From positions 8,104-72,103 of the forward strand of contig JAHLFS010000063.1 in NCBI GenBank assembly GCA_018883675.1: a DNA stretch of 64,000 nt, given 5' to 3'. The DNA is from Candidatus Paralactobacillus gallistercoris. GTDB taxonomy: Bacteria > Bacillota > Bacilli > Lactobacillales > Lactobacillaceae. Positions within the stretch are counted from its first letter, which is position 1, and each line of letters opens with the position of its first letter. The notes under the pieces were generated by a model. That model was not told where the DNA came from. It saw nothing but the letters and a program-made list of their open reading frames with translations, and searched no databases. Positions 10,877 to 22,197 of the stretch are shown piece by piece. Made by a program: the position numbers and the translations under genes.

Positions 10877-11734
10877 TTAATCACCTGCCATTGACCGTTT
10901 AACGATAGTAACAACGCTAAGATCACTTAAATTAGCGGCTGGTTTAACGGCAATGACTGTGGAAAGACCATAATCATCTTTATGTGTATTTTCAACCGTA
11001 CCAATTAATAATCCTTTAGGAGTTGAACCGCCTAAACCAGAGGTAATTACTTTATCACCGTTTTTAACACCATCACTAGTATTGATTTGTCCTAAAATAA
11101 GGTCGCCACTCTTTTTATCATAGCCAGTGATAATGCCATTAACAACGCCCTTATCAGTATTAATTTGGGCAGCAAAACGGTTAGCAGACTTATTGTCAGT
11201 TGAAATTAATTCAACCTTAGCATTATTACGGTTAACTTCAACAACCCGCCCCACTAAGCCTGAACCGGCCATAACTGACATGTTCTTTTGAATACCTTCA
11301 TCACTACCATGATTGATAATTAAAATATTTTGCCAATTATCTGGTGAGCGTAGCATCACAGCCGCATTAACATAATCATAATCAGTTAGGGTGTTATCTA
11401 ATTTTAATTGTTGTTTTAATTGTTTATTTTCAGAACGAAGCGTTTGATTAGTAGCTTCTGTTTGGGCTAATTTATCTAATTGTGCTTTTAATTTAGTGTT
11501 TTCTTCATAGGTATTAGTTAAATTAACAACTGCATCAACACTAGATTTAACAGCGTTCATTGGCATACTAATCACCCGACTAGCTGCACCAACGATATTA
11601 TTACCAAAACGTTGGATAAATGATGGCGTTTTGCTTTTATTGCGAACTGTTACCGACATAGTAATAAAACCAATTGAAAAAATTAGCGCAACCATCAAAA
11701 CAATTAACTTTTTATTTGAAAAAAACTTTTTCAT
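10877..11734 (-). CDS. mreC: Rod shape-determining protein MreC
   Basis: N-terminal TM helix, a coiled-coil (QLKQQLKL) and a C-terminal beta-barrel region (GDKVITSGLGG). mreBCD synteny supports the call. Confidence 0.9.
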   Translation of the reverse strand: MKKFFSNKKLIVLMVALIFSIGFITMSVTVRNKSKTPSFIQRFGNNIVGAASRVISMPMNAVKSSVDAVVNLTNTYEENTKLKAQLDKLAQTEATNQTLRSENKQLKQQLKLDNTLTDYDYVNAAVMLRSPDNWQNILIINHGSDEGIQKNMSVMAGSGLVGRVVEVNRNNAKVELISTDNKSANRFAAQINTDKGVVNGIITGYDKKSGDLILGQINTSDGVKNGDKVITSGLGGSTPKGLLIGTVENTHKDDYGLSTVIAVKPAANLSDLSVVTIVKRSMAGD

Positions 11735-11843
11735 TATGATGCCTCTAAACTTTCAAAATTATTAAACGACGTAAAAAAGCAGGCTATATTTAATTATGCC
11801 TACTAATTAATTAAAACATAATTAAATAATTAAGCCTACTTAA

Positions 11844-12857
11844 CTATTTGTGTTTCTTCATTGCATCAATATTTTTTAATGATTCGCCTGTGCCAATTGC
11901 TACACAGTCAAGAGGATCTTGGGCAATAAATACTGGTACTTTTGTTGCATCAGAAATAACTTCAGCTAAATTTCGCAATAATGCTCCACCACCAGTTAAA
12001 ACAATACCGTGATCAATAACATCGGCAGCAATTTCTGGTGAAGTTTCTTCAAGTGTTTCTTTAACAGCAGTAATAATATCGCTAACAATATCTTCCATTG
12101 ATTTAGCAATATCAACTGCTGTAACATCAACCGTTTTTGGCAAACCGGTTACTAAATCACGACCACGAATGGCCATGTTCTTAATATCTTTGGCCTTAGC
12201 AACCGAAGCGGAACCAATATTAATTTTTACTTGCTCAGCCGTACGTTCGCCAATTAACAAATTATAATGTTGCCGTACGTATGCAATAATCGCATCATTG
12301 ATGCGATCCCCAGCTGTTCTAATCGAACGGCTTGATACAATCCCGCCAAGAGAAATTGTTGCCACATCAGTCGTACCGCCACCAATATCAACAACCATAC
12401 TGCCAGTTGGATCCATTACCGGAAGTCCAGCCCCAATTGCAGCAGCAAATGGTTCTTCAATAATATATGCATCACGAGCACCCGCTACCCGGGTAGCATC
12501 AATTACTGCACGTTTTTCAACTTCAGTAACACCACTTGGTACACATACCATTACATACGGTTTGGCGTTAGTATCACCTAATGCTTTTTCAATAAAGTAC
12601 TGCATCATCGCAACAGTCGTATCATAATCGGCAATAACGCCGTCTTTCATCGGACGAATGGCCGTGATACTAGCCGGTGTTCGTCCAATCATGTCACGTG
12701 CTTCTGAACCAACCGAAATAATTTCGCCGGTACGCGAATTTTTGGCAACAACTGATGGTTCACTTAAAACAATTCCTTCCCCATCAATATATACCAGGGT
12801 ATTAGCTGTTCCTAAATCAATGCCAATATTTTTTGTACCCATTTTAAACACGGCCAT
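11844..12857 (-). CDS. mreB: Rod shape-determining actin homolog MreB
   Basis: Motifs [10 protein letters not shown] and [21 protein letters not shown] lies upstream, with an extended -10 (TGCTATAAT) further upstream. Confidence 0.95.
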   Translation of the reverse strand: MAVFKMGTKNIGIDLGTANTLVYIDGEGIVLSEPSVVAKNSRTGEIISVGSEARDMIGRTPASITAIRPMKDGVIADYDTTVAMMQYFIEKALGDTNAKPYVMVCVPSGVTEVEKRAVIDATRVAGARDAYIIEEPFAAAIGAGLPVMDPTGSMVVDIGGGTTDVATISLGGIVSSRSIRTAGDRINDAIIAYVRQHYNLLIGERTAEQVKINIGSASVAKAKDIKNMAIRGRDLVTGLPKTVDVTAVDIAKSMEDIVSDIITAVKETLEETSPEIAADVIDHGIVLTGGGALLRNLAEVISDATKVPVFIAQDPLDCVAIGTGESLKNIDAMKKHK

Positions 12858-12967
12858 GTCTCTCCTTCATAAAACGTTCGCTAAATATTAATAGCATTAT
12901 AGCATATTTAATTTTAATACAAAATAACCATAATAATAAGCAAAAAGCGAGATTTTTATCGTTAAAT

Positions 12968-13633
12968 TTAAATTAATTTTTCTTCTTTTAAAGAGACATA
13001 TTGATCAGCGCCAATGATTAAATGATCAAGGCATTCAATGCCTAAAAGTGCACCACATTTAATAATTCTTTGGGTAAATTGAATATCTTCACGCGAAGGT
13101 TGTGGTTGACCACTTGGATGATTATGAACCAATATAAAACGAGCCGCCGCAAAACGTACCGCGTAGTAAAATATTTCACGCGGATGTGCAACTGATGAAT
13201 TAAGGGTACCTACATAAATTTCTTGTTGTTGCAAAATCTGGTTCTTGGTATCTAAATAAAGCACTACTAATTTTTCTTGATTAATGCCTGCAAACATTGC
13301 AATCATATGTTCACCAATAATCTGACTAGACACAACCGTGCCAAAACGCAATGTCTGTCTTTTTTGAATTCGTTGACTCAATTCACAAATCGCTTTTAAT
13401 TCACAAGCTTTAGTTAAACCAATACCTTCTAAGGCTAATAATTCGTCAATAGTAGCCATTGGCAAGCCGGCTAAGTGCGGATATATTTTCAGTAATGAAG
13501 CTGCTAATTTAGCAATAGGCATCTTTTTAGTACCTGAACGTAGTAAAATCATTAATAATTGCTGATCAGTTAACGTTTGCACACCATAATCTAATAATTG
13601 CTCACGTGGTAAGCGTTGTTTGGCATCTTTCAC
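12968..13633 (-). CDS. radC: RadC-family JAB/MPN domain protein
   Basis: HhH-like N-terminal region and the JAMM motif HNHPSG. Sits in the canonical position upstream of mreB. Confidence 0.9.
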   Translation of the reverse strand: MKDAKQRLPREQLLDYGVQTLTDQQLLMILLRSGTKKMPIAKLAASLLKIYPHLAGLPMATIDELLALEGIGLTKACELKAICELSQRIQKRQTLRFGTVVSSQIIGEHMIAMFAGINQEKLVVLYLDTKNQILQQQEIYVGTLNSSVAHPREIFYYAVRFAAARFILVHNHPSGQPQPSREDIQFTQRIIKCGALLGIECLDHLIIGADQYVSLKEEKLI

Positions 13634-13687
13634 ATATATTCCACCTTAAAATTAGTAATCTATAATAAAAATACGCCATTACAACTA

Positions 13688-13726
13688 AAAAAATAGGAGA
13701 TCATTAAAATGATCTCCTATTTTTTA
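13688..13726 (-). terminator. Intrinsic terminator after valS
   Basis: Perfect hairpin AATAGGAGATCATT-aa-AATGATCTCCTATT with flanking A and T runs, starting 1 nt after the valS stop. Confidence 0.85.
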
Positions 13727-16399
13727 TTAATTATTTTTTTGTGCAGCTTGTAACTCATGAATACGAGCAATAGTGGTTGCACGCTTAGCTTGATAATCAG
13801 CTAACTTATCCTTTTGTTCTTGAACAACTTTAGCAGGGGCATTCTTTACAAAGCCTTCATTAGCTAATTTCTTATTAGCACGAGCAACTTCGCTATCAAG
13901 GCGTTGCGCTTCTTTTTCTAAGCGAGCAATTTCATCATCTAAATTGATTAAATCTTGCAACGGTACATATACTTCAGCACCAGTTAATACACCCGTTTTG
14001 GCTAATGACGGTGCATTAATATGTGAACCAATTTCAAGATTAGCAGTATGAGCAAAGCGTTCAATATAATCTTTATTATTAGTAAACACTGCTTCAACTT
14101 GCGGATCTGAAGTCTTAATCAATAAATCAACTGGCGTACCTAGTGGAGCATTAGCTTCAGCACGAATATTACGTACGGAACGAATTAATTCAATTAAACT
14201 GTTCATTTCATTAACAGCTTTTTCATTGTGTAGTTCATCATGTACTACTGGATAACTAGCAACAACCAGTGATTCACCTTCATGCGGCATTTCTTGCCAA
14301 ATTGCTTCGGTAACAAATGGCATAATTGGTTGCATTAAGCGTAAGATTTGATCTAATACATAAGCTAAATTATAACGTTTCCGGATAATTGCATCTTGAT
14401 CATTGCCGTAAAGAACTTCTTTACTCATTTCAATATACCAATCACAGAAATCATTCCAAATAAAGTTATATAAACTCCGATCAGCTTCGCCAAATTCAAA
14501 TTCATCAAAGTGATGTGTTACTTCAGCAATTGTGTCATTTAAGCGACTCAAAATCCAACGATCTGGCAAATCTAGATGTTCTAAATCAGGTAAATGCGTT
14601 GGGGCTGGAGTATCGCCCAAGTTCATGATTACAAAACGACTAGCATTCCAAATCTTATTAATAAAGTTCCAAGCAGCGTCCATCTTCGTATAACTGAAAC
14701 GCATATCTTGACCTGGCGTTGAACCAGTTGTTAGGAACCACCGTAAGGCATCAGTACCATATTTGTCGATCACATCCATTGGATCAATACCGTTACCAAG
14801 TGATTTACTCATCTTGCGTCCTTGTTCGTCCCGAATTAAACCATGAATTAATACGTTCTTAAATGGCCGTTTACCAGTAAATTCCAAACTTTGGAAAATC
14901 ATTCGTGATACCCAAAATGGAATAATATCATAACCAGTTACTAACGTATTAGTTGGGAAATAACGTTTGTAATCAGGTGCATCAGTATCAGGCCAACCCA
15001 TCGTTGAGAATGGCCATAAAGCACTACTGAACCATGTATCTAATACATCAGGATCTTGTTCCCAATTTTCAATATCCTTTGGTGCTTCCATGCCAACATA
15101 TGTTTCACCAGTGTGTTTATTATACCAAGCTGGAATGCGATGTCCCCACCAAAGTTGCCGTGAAATAACCCAGTCATGAATGTTTTCCATCCATTGTTGC
15201 CAAGTATGTTCAAAGCGCTTTGGCACAAAGTTAACTGGTTGACCATCTTTTTGATTCTTCAATGCTTGTTCAGCTAATGGCTTCATCTTAACAAACCATT
15301 GCGTTGATAAACGAGCTTCAACTTGAACACCAGTGCGTTCAGAATGACCAACACTATGAACGATTGGATCAATTTTTAGCATGTAGCCTTGTTCTTGCAA
15401 ATCATGAACCATTGCTTTACGTGCTTCAAAACGATCCATGCCTTCATATTTGCCCGCATTAGCATTCATGGTAGCATCGTCATTCATGGTGTTAATACGT
15501 TCCAAATTATGACGATTACCAACTTGAAAGTCGTTAGGATCATGAGCGGGCGTAATTTTAACCATCCCGGTCCCAAAATCAGGATCAACATATTGATCAG
15601 CAATAATCGGAATGTGCCGGCCTTGTAATGGTAAGATAACTTCTTTACCAACTAATTCCTTGTAACGTTCATCATTAGGGTTAACTGCAATGGCTGTATC
15701 CCCAAACATTGTTTCCGGACGTGTTGTGGCAATCTCAATGTAATGTTGACCATGGAAAGTATAATCAGGATCAACAAATGGGTACTTAACATGATAAAAA
15801 GCACCTTTATCATCTTTATGAATAACTTCAATATCTGATAAGGCTGTACGTGCTTGTGGATCCCAGTTAATAATATATTCACCACGATAAATTAAGCCTT
15901 TATTATATAAATCAACAAAGACCTTACGAACCGCTTTAGATAAGCCTTCATCTAGGGTAAAACGTTCCCGAGAATAATCAACGGAAATCCCCATTTTAGC
16001 CCATTGTTTGTGAATGATATCACTGTATTCATCAACCCATTTCCAAACTTCGGCAACAAATTCTTCCCGTCCTAAATCATAACGAGTGATGCCTTTTTCG
16101 CGTAATTGGGCTTCAACTTTAGCTTGAGTAGCAATACCAGCATGGTCAGTACCTGGTAACCACAAAACATCATAACCTTGCATGCGCTTTTGCCGAATAA
16201 TCATATCTTGCAAAGTCGTGTCCCAAGCATGACCTAAATGTAATTTACCAGTTACGTTTGGTGGTGGGATAACAATTGAATATGGTTTTGCCTTTTTATC
16301 ACCACTTGGCTTAAATACGCCTTGATCTAACCATTTTTGATAACGACCCGCTTCAACCGTTTTCGGATCATATTTAGTTGGCATTTCAGTTTTTGTCAT
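13727..16399 (-). CDS. valS: Valine--tRNA ligase
   Basis: Class I motifs KLHLGHAW and KMSKS, plus a C-terminal coiled coil. The start is set to [13 protein letters not shown] (ATG at 16399) behind the GGAGTGA SD; the track ORF starts 48 nt further upstream. Confidence 0.97.
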   Translation of the reverse strand: MTKTEMPTKYDPKTVEAGRYQKWLDQGVFKPSGDKKAKPYSIVIPPPNVTGKLHLGHAWDTTLQDMIIRQKRMQGYDVLWLPGTDHAGIATQAKVEAQLREKGITRYDLGREEFVAEVWKWVDEYSDIIHKQWAKMGISVDYSRERFTLDEGLSKAVRKVFVDLYNKGLIYRGEYIINWDPQARTALSDIEVIHKDDKGAFYHVKYPFVDPDYTFHGQHYIEIATTRPETMFGDTAIAVNPNDERYKELVGKEVILPLQGRHIPIIADQYVDPDFGTGMVKITPAHDPNDFQVGNRHNLERINTMNDDATMNANAGKYEGMDRFEARKAMVHDLQEQGYMLKIDPIVHSVGHSERTGVQVEARLSTQWFVKMKPLAEQALKNQKDGQPVNFVPKRFEHTWQQWMENIHDWVISRQLWWGHRIPAWYNKHTGETYVGMEAPKDIENWEQDPDVLDTWFSSALWPFSTMGWPDTDAPDYKRYFPTNTLVTGYDIIPFWVSRMIFQSLEFTGKRPFKNVLIHGLIRDEQGRKMSKSLGNGIDPMDVIDKYGTDALRWFLTTGSTPGQDMRFSYTKMDAAWNFINKIWNASRFVIMNLGDTPAPTHLPDLEHLDLPDRWILSRLNDTIAEVTHHFDEFEFGEADRSLYNFIWNDFCDWYIEMSKEVLYGNDQDAIIRKRYNLAYVLDQILRLMQPIMPFVTEAIWQEMPHEGESLVVASYPVVHDELHNEKAVNEMNSLIELIRSVRNIRAEANAPLGTPVDLLIKTSDPQVEAVFTNNKDYIERFAHTANLEIGSHINAPSLAKTGVLTGAEVYVPLQDLINLDDEIARLEKEAQRLDSEVARANKKLANEGFVKNAPAKVVQEQKDKLADYQAKRATTIARIHELQAAQKNN

Positions 16400-16415
16400 A
16401 AATTTCACTCCGTTT

Positions 16416-17639
16416 TTATAATAATGATGCAATTTCTTCCATATCATTATTTAAGAAATGATCATTAGCTTTAACTTCTGTAATTTGTAAATTATCAAGT
16501 GAGCGCTTGATTAATCCTTCAACATCAAGTTGTTGTTCATAATAACGTGCTTTTTCCAAACTAGGCTTTGTCTTAGGCGACTTAGGCGCAAAGACTGTGC
16601 AACTATCAGCGAACGGCAAAATAGAAAGATCATAAGTGTCAATTTTTTTAGCGACATCAATAATTTCGTTTTTATCCATTGTTGCTACCGGCCGAATAAT
16701 TGGTGTTGCGGTAACATCGTTAATTGCAACCATACTTTCAAGCGTTTGGGAAGCTACTTGGCCGACTGATTCACCATTAATAATAGCTAAGCCACCACGT
16801 ATAGCCCGAATTCGATCTGCTAAACGCAACATAAAGCGGCGTTGGATAGTCATTAAGTAACTTTCTGGTAATTTACTTTTTATTTCTTCTTGAATCTCAG
16901 CAAAAGGTACAGCAATAAAAGTAATACTACCAACATAAGGAACCAACTTAGTAGTCAATTCTTTAGCTTTAGCTAAGGCATTATCACTAGTATATGGTGG
17001 ACTAAAGAAATGAACCATTTCAATATCAATTCCCCGCTTCAAAGCGTAATAACCAGCTACTGGTGAATCAATACCACCGGAAAGCATTAACATGCCCTTA
17101 CCAGCACTGCCAACTGGCATCCCACCAGCACCAGGAATTTTTTCAGTTGTTAAGAAAATACCTTCTTTTCTTACTTCAACGTACAAAGTAACATCTGGTT
17201 GTTTCATTTGAACATGTAAAGTTGGCATTCGTTTTAATAAATAGCCACCAAGATCCAAGTTCATTTCATTAGTATCTAAGGCAAAACTATGATCAGAACG
17301 CCGGGTATTGACTTTAAAACTGGCATTTTTATCAGCAGTTGCTTGTATTAACGCTAAAGCAGCATGATGAACATCATCCATATTTTTAGCAACTTTCACC
17401 ATTGGTGAAAAGTTTTGAATGCCAAAAACATTCTTCAAGCGTGCAATAACTTCATAAGCATCATTGCCATTCAATTCAATATGCATCCGATCATGCTTAG
17501 GGCGAATGGTTAAATTATTAAATTCATGCAATGCTTTAGTAACATTCCCATTTAAGCGACCAATAAAGTCTTTACGATTGCGGCCCTTAGTGGAAAGTTC
17601 GCCATACCGAATCATAATTTCCGTATATTGCATTAACAA
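16416..17639 (-). CDS. thiI: tRNA 4-thiouridine(8) synthase ThiI
   Basis: THUMP-type N-terminal region and PP-loop motif [11 protein letters not shown]. Confidence 0.95.
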   Translation of the reverse strand: MLMQYTEIMIRYGELSTKGRNRKDFIGRLNGNVTKALHEFNNLTIRPKHDRMHIELNGNDAYEVIARLKNVFGIQNFSPMVKVAKNMDDVHHAALALIQATADKNASFKVNTRRSDHSFALDTNEMNLDLGGYLLKRMPTLHVQMKQPDVTLYVEVRKEGIFLTTEKIPGAGGMPVGSAGKGMLMLSGGIDSPVAGYYALKRGIDIEMVHFFSPPYTSDNALAKAKELTTKLVPYVGSITFIAVPFAEIQEEIKSKLPESYLMTIQRRFMLRLADRIRAIRGGLAIINGESVGQVASQTLESMVAINDVTATPIIRPVATMDKNEIIDVAKKIDTYDLSILPFADSCTVFAPKSPKTKPSLEKARYYEQQLDVEGLIKRSLDNLQITEVKANDHFLNNDMEEIASLL

Positions 17640-17651
17640 TTACCTCATTAA

Positions 17652-18806
17652 TTATTTTTCAAAACTAACTTTTTCAAAGCGGTGATAAATATCATCAAAG
17701 GCGCGATTAAACGCGTCAGCTTCCGCTAAAGTGTTATTTTCATCTAAACTAATCCGGACAGCACTAGTTGCGATATCCATTTGGACTCCCATTTGTTTTA
17801 AAGTACCAGCTGCTTCCCCATTTTTAGATGAACATGCACTCGTAGTCGAAATATAAATACCTTTTTCTTCAAAGGCATGCACAATTGTTTCACCACGCAC
17901 GCCATTAATTGCAAAGCATAAGATATGTGGAGCAAAATCAGGTGTTAATTCTGAAAAAAGGGTTACCCGACTAAAGTTTTTAATATGATTATAGATTTTA
18001 GCACGAATGGCCTGTTGTTTTTTAACATGTTCATCTTCATTGGTTAATTCCAACCGCCATGCTTTGGCCATAGCCGCAATTGCTGGTAAGTTTTCAGTGC
18101 CACTACGTAAACCGGCTTCTTGACCACCACCATCAATCAATGATTCAATCTTTTTACCGGCACGAGCATAAAGAATACCTACGCCGCGTGGACCATGAAA
18201 CTTATGCGAAGAAAAACTTGCAAAGTCAACCCGTGGACCAAACACATGCTTTTCTAAACCTTTACCAACGGCTTGCACAGCATCAACATGATAATGAACA
18301 TTAGGATAATCTTCTAAAATTTCACCGATTTCATCAAGTGGTTGAATACTGCCAATTTCATTATTAACAGCCATGATTGATACTAAAATTGTATCTTTGC
18401 GCATGGCCTTACGAACATCTTCGGGATTAACGAAACCGCGATGATCAACTGGCAAATAAGTAACATCATAGCCTAATTCTTCTAATTGATGTATGGGATT
18501 TAAAACAGCAGCATGTTCAATACTAGTGGTAATGATATGTTTACCAAATTCACGTTTCGCCCATGCTGTACCCTTAATTACCCAATTATCACTTTCTGTA
18601 CCACCACTAGTGAAATAAATTTCCGATGACTTTACATGCACAAGTGAAGCGATTTGTTCACGTGCTTGTTGTAGTAAATTATGGGCATGTGTGCCTAGCT
18701 TGTGCAAACTTGAGGGATTACCCCAAAATTCATTAGCAGCTAAGTTATACGTTTTTAACACTTCTGGATCAATTTTAGTTGTTGCAGAATTATCAAAATA
18801 TATCAT
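17652..18806 (-). CDS. Cysteine desulfurase (class V aminotransferase, NifS/NifZ-like partner of ThiI)
   Basis: PLP-lysine region SSHKFHGPRG and active-site Cys in TTSACSS. It lies 12 nt upstream of thiI, as in the B. subtilis nifZ-thiI pair. Confidence 0.9.
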   Translation of the reverse strand: MIYFDNSATTKIDPEVLKTYNLAANEFWGNPSSLHKLGTHAHNLLQQAREQIASLVHVKSSEIYFTSGGTESDNWVIKGTAWAKREFGKHIITTSIEHAAVLNPIHQLEELGYDVTYLPVDHRGFVNPEDVRKAMRKDTILVSIMAVNNEIGSIQPLDEIGEILEDYPNVHYHVDAVQAVGKGLEKHVFGPRVDFASFSSHKFHGPRGVGILYARAGKKIESLIDGGGQEAGLRSGTENLPAIAAMAKAWRLELTNEDEHVKKQQAIRAKIYNHIKNFSRVTLFSELTPDFAPHILCFAINGVRGETIVHAFEEKGIYISTTSACSSKNGEAAGTLKQMGVQMDIATSAVRISLDENNTLAEADAFNRAFDDIYHRFEKVSFEK

Positions 18807-18919
18807 TCATAAGCTTCCTTTAAAAATAACTTGCACTATTATAGCAAAAACAACGTTAATAGAAAAGAACCGCCTAATTAAATAAAGAGATTGGACAAGG
18901 TCACAATCTCCTCTAAATT

Positions 18920-20638
18920 TTATAAAATCATATTCCCATCTTTATTATCAAAGTATGATTTTTCCACTTTTTGATATGCACCCGGTTCAACTTTATCCAA
19001 AGCAGTAGCCAAAACATCAACGGCCGTTTTATATGAATACTTTTTATTAAAAAGTTCAGCGGCTTGATTGATAGCAGCTTGTACATCAGGATGACTGTGC
19101 CGATAACGATTAGCATATTGTAATAATTGTTCTGTTAATAAAGCACTATCAATTAAATCGTTTGATTTTTCCTTTAAGGAATTAAGGTCTTCTTGAGTCA
19201 TAATTAACTGCTTCGTAATATCGTCCATGTTAACCCGGGTTTGATCAAGATCAGCATTTAATTTATCAATTTCATCAGCAACCATAAAGAAGAAATCAAG
19301 ATAATCACTTGCTAAGCCTGGTAAGTTTTGACGTTCAACAGTGCGTTTAACATTGTATAATTCTTGTTCAAACTGTTGGACGCTATCCACAGCAACTTCT
19401 TCGGCATGACGTAACTTAGCGGTACTATCATTAATTTCTTTTTGAGCTTTTTCAATTTCAGTTAAATGACTTTCCATTGCCCGTAAATCTTCTTGAATAT
19501 TGGTATAAACAGGATTACCATTAGTAATTTCCTGCTTATCAGTTTCGTATTGCTGTTTGATATCTTCGATTTGTTGGGCTAATTGTTTAGCTTTACCAAT
19601 TTCATTATTATTTAAATCGTAGCTTTGACTTAAACGATTTAATTCAACTTTTAATGTATGATTTTGCCGACTAGCATGTTCAATAAACGATAAAATATAT
19701 GGCATTTGCTTATTAACTTCAGCTTTAGCACTATATTCACGTTCCATAACCGCATATAATTGATCAATTGCATCAGCAATTTCATGATTTAAAGCCGTTG
19801 CTTCTTCTAAGTGCAAATCAACTAACTGTTGCTTAGCTTTTGCTAATAATTCATCTAATTCGCGAATTTTAGCGGGAATATCAATATCCATAAATTGGAA
19901 GTGGTTTTCACTCATTTCCCGATAGCCGGCTTTTAATTCAGCTAACTGTGCAGTAAATTCGTTTGTTTGTTCATTAACTAATGCTGGAATTTCCTTTATC
20001 AATTGTTGCAAATCTTTATTCTTAGTACTTGCTTTACTAATTGCCCGTTTAGCTTCTTGATAATCGCCGTCCTTAGTAAGTTCATTGATTTGCGTCAAAT
20101 TACGTTCAATTTCAGCAAGCATTTTTTCTAACTTATCTAAAGTAGCTCCATAAGTGAAACTTTTTACTAAAACTTGCTTACGAGCACGATGATAATCATC
20201 AGTTAATTGTTTTAATTCCTTAGTACTATCAGTTTGGTCAACTTGAATGCTTTGTAAACCGTCAGCAATTTTTTTAAGACTTGTTTCCAAAGTATCCATA
20301 GCTTGTACTGCATGGTTAATTTGCGAACGAGCCGTAATAAACCGAAACTTAGTAGTAGCATGATGTGCGGTACTTAAGTAATCATCAATTTGTTTAAAAC
20401 TATTGGCGTGAAGATCATCGTATTCTTTAGTCCACTTATCTAAAGTAGCTAAACTGCTGCCTGATAATTTCATTTTTTTAATTGTATCGATTTTACGATC
20501 AATAGGAAGTCGTGTTAATGAATTTTCACGACTATTGAGCTTTTGAATACGCTTGACCAAGTTTCGCTGCATTAAAATCATTATTAAATATAAAATCAAC
20601 GCAATAATGATAATTGCAATGAGGGCTTGATAAAGCAT
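18920..20638 (-). CDS. ezrA: Septation ring formation regulator EzrA
   Basis: 572 aa with one N-terminal TM helix followed by a long coiled-coil. Synteny with nifZ-thiI and rpsD matches Bacillus. Confidence 0.9.
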   Translation of the reverse strand: MLYQALIAIIIIALILYLIMILMQRNLVKRIQKLNSRENSLTRLPIDRKIDTIKKMKLSGSSLATLDKWTKEYDDLHANSFKQIDDYLSTAHHATTKFRFITARSQINHAVQAMDTLETSLKKIADGLQSIQVDQTDSTKELKQLTDDYHRARKQVLVKSFTYGATLDKLEKMLAEIERNLTQINELTKDGDYQEAKRAISKASTKNKDLQQLIKEIPALVNEQTNEFTAQLAELKAGYREMSENHFQFMDIDIPAKIRELDELLAKAKQQLVDLHLEEATALNHEIADAIDQLYAVMEREYSAKAEVNKQMPYILSFIEHASRQNHTLKVELNRLSQSYDLNNNEIGKAKQLAQQIEDIKQQYETDKQEITNGNPVYTNIQEDLRAMESHLTEIEKAQKEINDSTAKLRHAEEVAVDSVQQFEQELYNVKRTVERQNLPGLASDYLDFFFMVADEIDKLNADLDQTRVNMDDITKQLIMTQEDLNSLKEKSNDLIDSALLTEQLLQYANRYRHSHPDVQAAINQAAELFNKKYSYKTAVDVLATALDKVEPGAYQKVEKSYFDNKDGNMIL

Positions 20639-20785
20639 GCAATTCCACTTCCTTAATTTGTTAAGTAATTATTATCAAAACGTTTATAAACACTATTTTA
20701 TATTATCGCAAAACAACAACTTTTTTTAAATACTTTTAATAAGAAAAGTTAATTTTATTTATTAATAATTTTATACAATTAAGTC

Positions 20786-20814
20786 TTGCTTTATTTAAAC
20801 AATCAAACTATACT
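20786..20814 (+). promoter_or_regulatory. Sigma-A type promoter of rpsD
   Basis: -35 TTGCTT (20786-20791), a 17-nt spacer, and -10 TATACT (20809-20814). Confidence 0.6.
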
Positions 20815-20820
20815 AGTGCA

Positions 20821-20986
20821 TGTGTAAAATATGCAGCAGTGTTCGGTACAACCGTCAACAGTTTAACACCAATTTTGGGTAATTGTGTAACCCACGGCTG
20901 CAAGGGCGAAGATTGTAGTTAAACTGAACGAGTACTAAGAACATAGCCTATTTTACTCCAAAAAATATTTTCTGGAGGAACTTTAA
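20821..20986 (+). promoter_or_regulatory. Structured ~165-nt rpsD 5' leader (candidate S4 autoregulatory element)
   Basis: Long untranslated leader with several local hairpins: TGCAT/ATGCA, CGGT/ACCG, TGGGT/ACCCA and CTGCAA/TTGTAG. It ends at the GGAGG SD. Confidence 0.5.
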
Positions 20987-21598
20987 ATGTCTCGTTATAC
21001 AGGCTCAACTTGGAAAGTTTCACGTCGTTTAGGCTTGTCACTTTCTGGTACAGGTAAAGAATTAGCACGGCGTCCATATGCTCCTGGTGAACACGGTCCT
21101 AACAATCGTCGTAAATTATCAGAATATGGTATGCAATTACGTGAAAAGCAAAAGTTACGTTACATGTATGGCTTAAATGAACGGCAATTCCGTAACTTAT
21201 TCGTACGTGCTGGTAAAATTCAAGAAGGTACACACGGCGATAACTTCATGATCTTACTTGAATCACGGTTAGATAATGTTGTTTACCGTTTAGGTTTAGC
21301 AACTACACGCCCACAAGCACGGCAATTAGTTAACCATGGACATATCTTAGTAGATGGCAAACGTATTGATATTCCATCATACGAAGTAACACCTGGTCAA
21401 GTAATTTCTGTTCGTGAACGTTCAAAGAACTTAGAAATTATCAAGAATGCTGTTGAAAGTACAGTATCACGTCCAGCTTATGTAACATTTGACGACAAGA
21501 AGTTGGAAGGTTCTATGACACGCTTACCACAACGTGATGAACTTGAACCAAACGTTGATGAATCACTTGTTGTTGAATACTACAACCAAAAACTTTAA
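20987..21598 (+). CDS. rpsD: 30S ribosomal protein S4
   Basis: Unmistakable S4 sequence ([16 protein letters not shown]...). Confidence 0.98.
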   Translation: MSRYTGSTWKVSRRLGLSLSGTGKELARRPYAPGEHGPNNRRKLSEYGMQLREKQKLRYMYGLNERQFRNLFVRAGKIQEGTHGDNFMILLESRLDNVVYRLGLATTRPQARQLVNHGHILVDGKRIDIPSYEVTPGQVISVRERSKNLEIIKNAVESTVSRPAYVTFDDKKLEGSMTRLPQRDELEPNVDESLVVEYYNQKL

Positions 21599-21623
21599 TC
21601 TTATTATTGTTTTGGTATTTTCA

Positions 21624-21652
21624 AAAGACTGCATTATACGCAGTCTTTTTTA
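21624..21652 (+). terminator. Intrinsic terminator after rpsD
   Basis: Hairpin AAAGACTGC-attatac-GCAGTCTTT followed by a T-run. Confidence 0.8.
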
Positions 21653-21695
21653 TTTATGTTAACATTAGGTAACCACAATAAAGGAGTAAATAATA

Positions 21696-22160
21696 ATGAG
21701 TGATGAAATGAAATCACATTTAATTAATAGTATCTATGGTACTCCCCAAACATTACCTGACGAACGGCGGCAATACTTAGGTTCATTACGCGAACGTAGT
21801 GCCCTACGCTTAACTAATCAAGAATTAAGTGTGCCACAAACTTTAAATTGTCTTACTAAACACATTGATTACTTTAAAAATCAGAATCTTAAATTTTATA
21901 TTAATGGCAAAATTAACCCTGATATCACTAAACCATACATTAAATTAGCCGTTAATAATCATTTTTTGTTTACCCTAGTTGCTGATAAAAATGCCCAAAC
22001 AGAACCATCAGCAACCGGCTTACTAATTGCTGCTGATCAAGCAATTAATCATGATAAAATCACATTAAAAACGCTTTTTCAAGTAACAACGAATGATAAA
22101 AAAGATGATGATACATCAGTTACTGATAAACCCGGCTTTTTCAAACGATTATTTCATTAA
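21696..22160 (+). CDS. YueI-like / DUF1694-type conserved hypothetical protein
   Basis: 154 aa behind a good SD (AAAGGAG). The N-terminal region (GTPQTLPDERRQYLGSLRER) resembles the YueI family. The family call is from memory and unverified. Confidence 0.55.
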   Translation: MSDEMKSHLINSIYGTPQTLPDERRQYLGSLRERSALRLTNQELSVPQTLNCLTKHIDYFKNQNLKFYINGKINPDITKPYIKLAVNNHFLFTLVADKNAQTEPSATGLLIAADQAINHDKITLKTLFQVTTNDKKDDDTSVTDKPGFFKRLFH

Positions 22161-22161
22161 C

Positions 22162-22190
22162 TTGATTTAATCTTCAAACAATGGTACGCT
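22162..22190 (+). promoter_or_regulatory. Candidate promoter for the structured RNA and usp operon
   Basis: -35 TTGATT (22162-22167), a 17-nt spacer, and an extended -10 TGgTACGCT (22182-22190). Confidence 0.4.
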
Positions 22191-22197
22191 AATGATG

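Noticed and set aside
11735-11843. Direct repeat AGTAGGC-TAATTA (two copies ~30 nt apart) and a GYAGGC/GCCTGC hairpin plus T-run between mreB and mreC.
   Set aside because: This is most simply a weak internal attenuator or terminator in an AT-rich spacer. The repeats are short and could arise by chance, so it was not raised to a finding.
12298-12627. Long plus-strand ORFs listed in the track inside minus-strand genes. Examples are 2273-2488, 4628-4939, 9457-9711, 12298-12627, 12658-12891, 25333-25521, 25747-26112, 26710-26934, 30613-30813, 31916-32182, 32215-32418, 60202-60465 and 62866-63105. The same applies to same-strand out-of-frame ORFs such as 15040-15246, 30289-30495, 36286-36492, 40524-40712 and 41615-41848.
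   Set aside because: Each lies entirely within, and antisense or out of frame to, a highly conserved housekeeping gene (murD, pbp2B, minD, mreB, mbl, atp genes, yebC, glmS and others). Their translations are low-complexity (Pro/Ser/Ala/Ile-rich mirror frames) and lack SD sequences. They are shadow ORFs.
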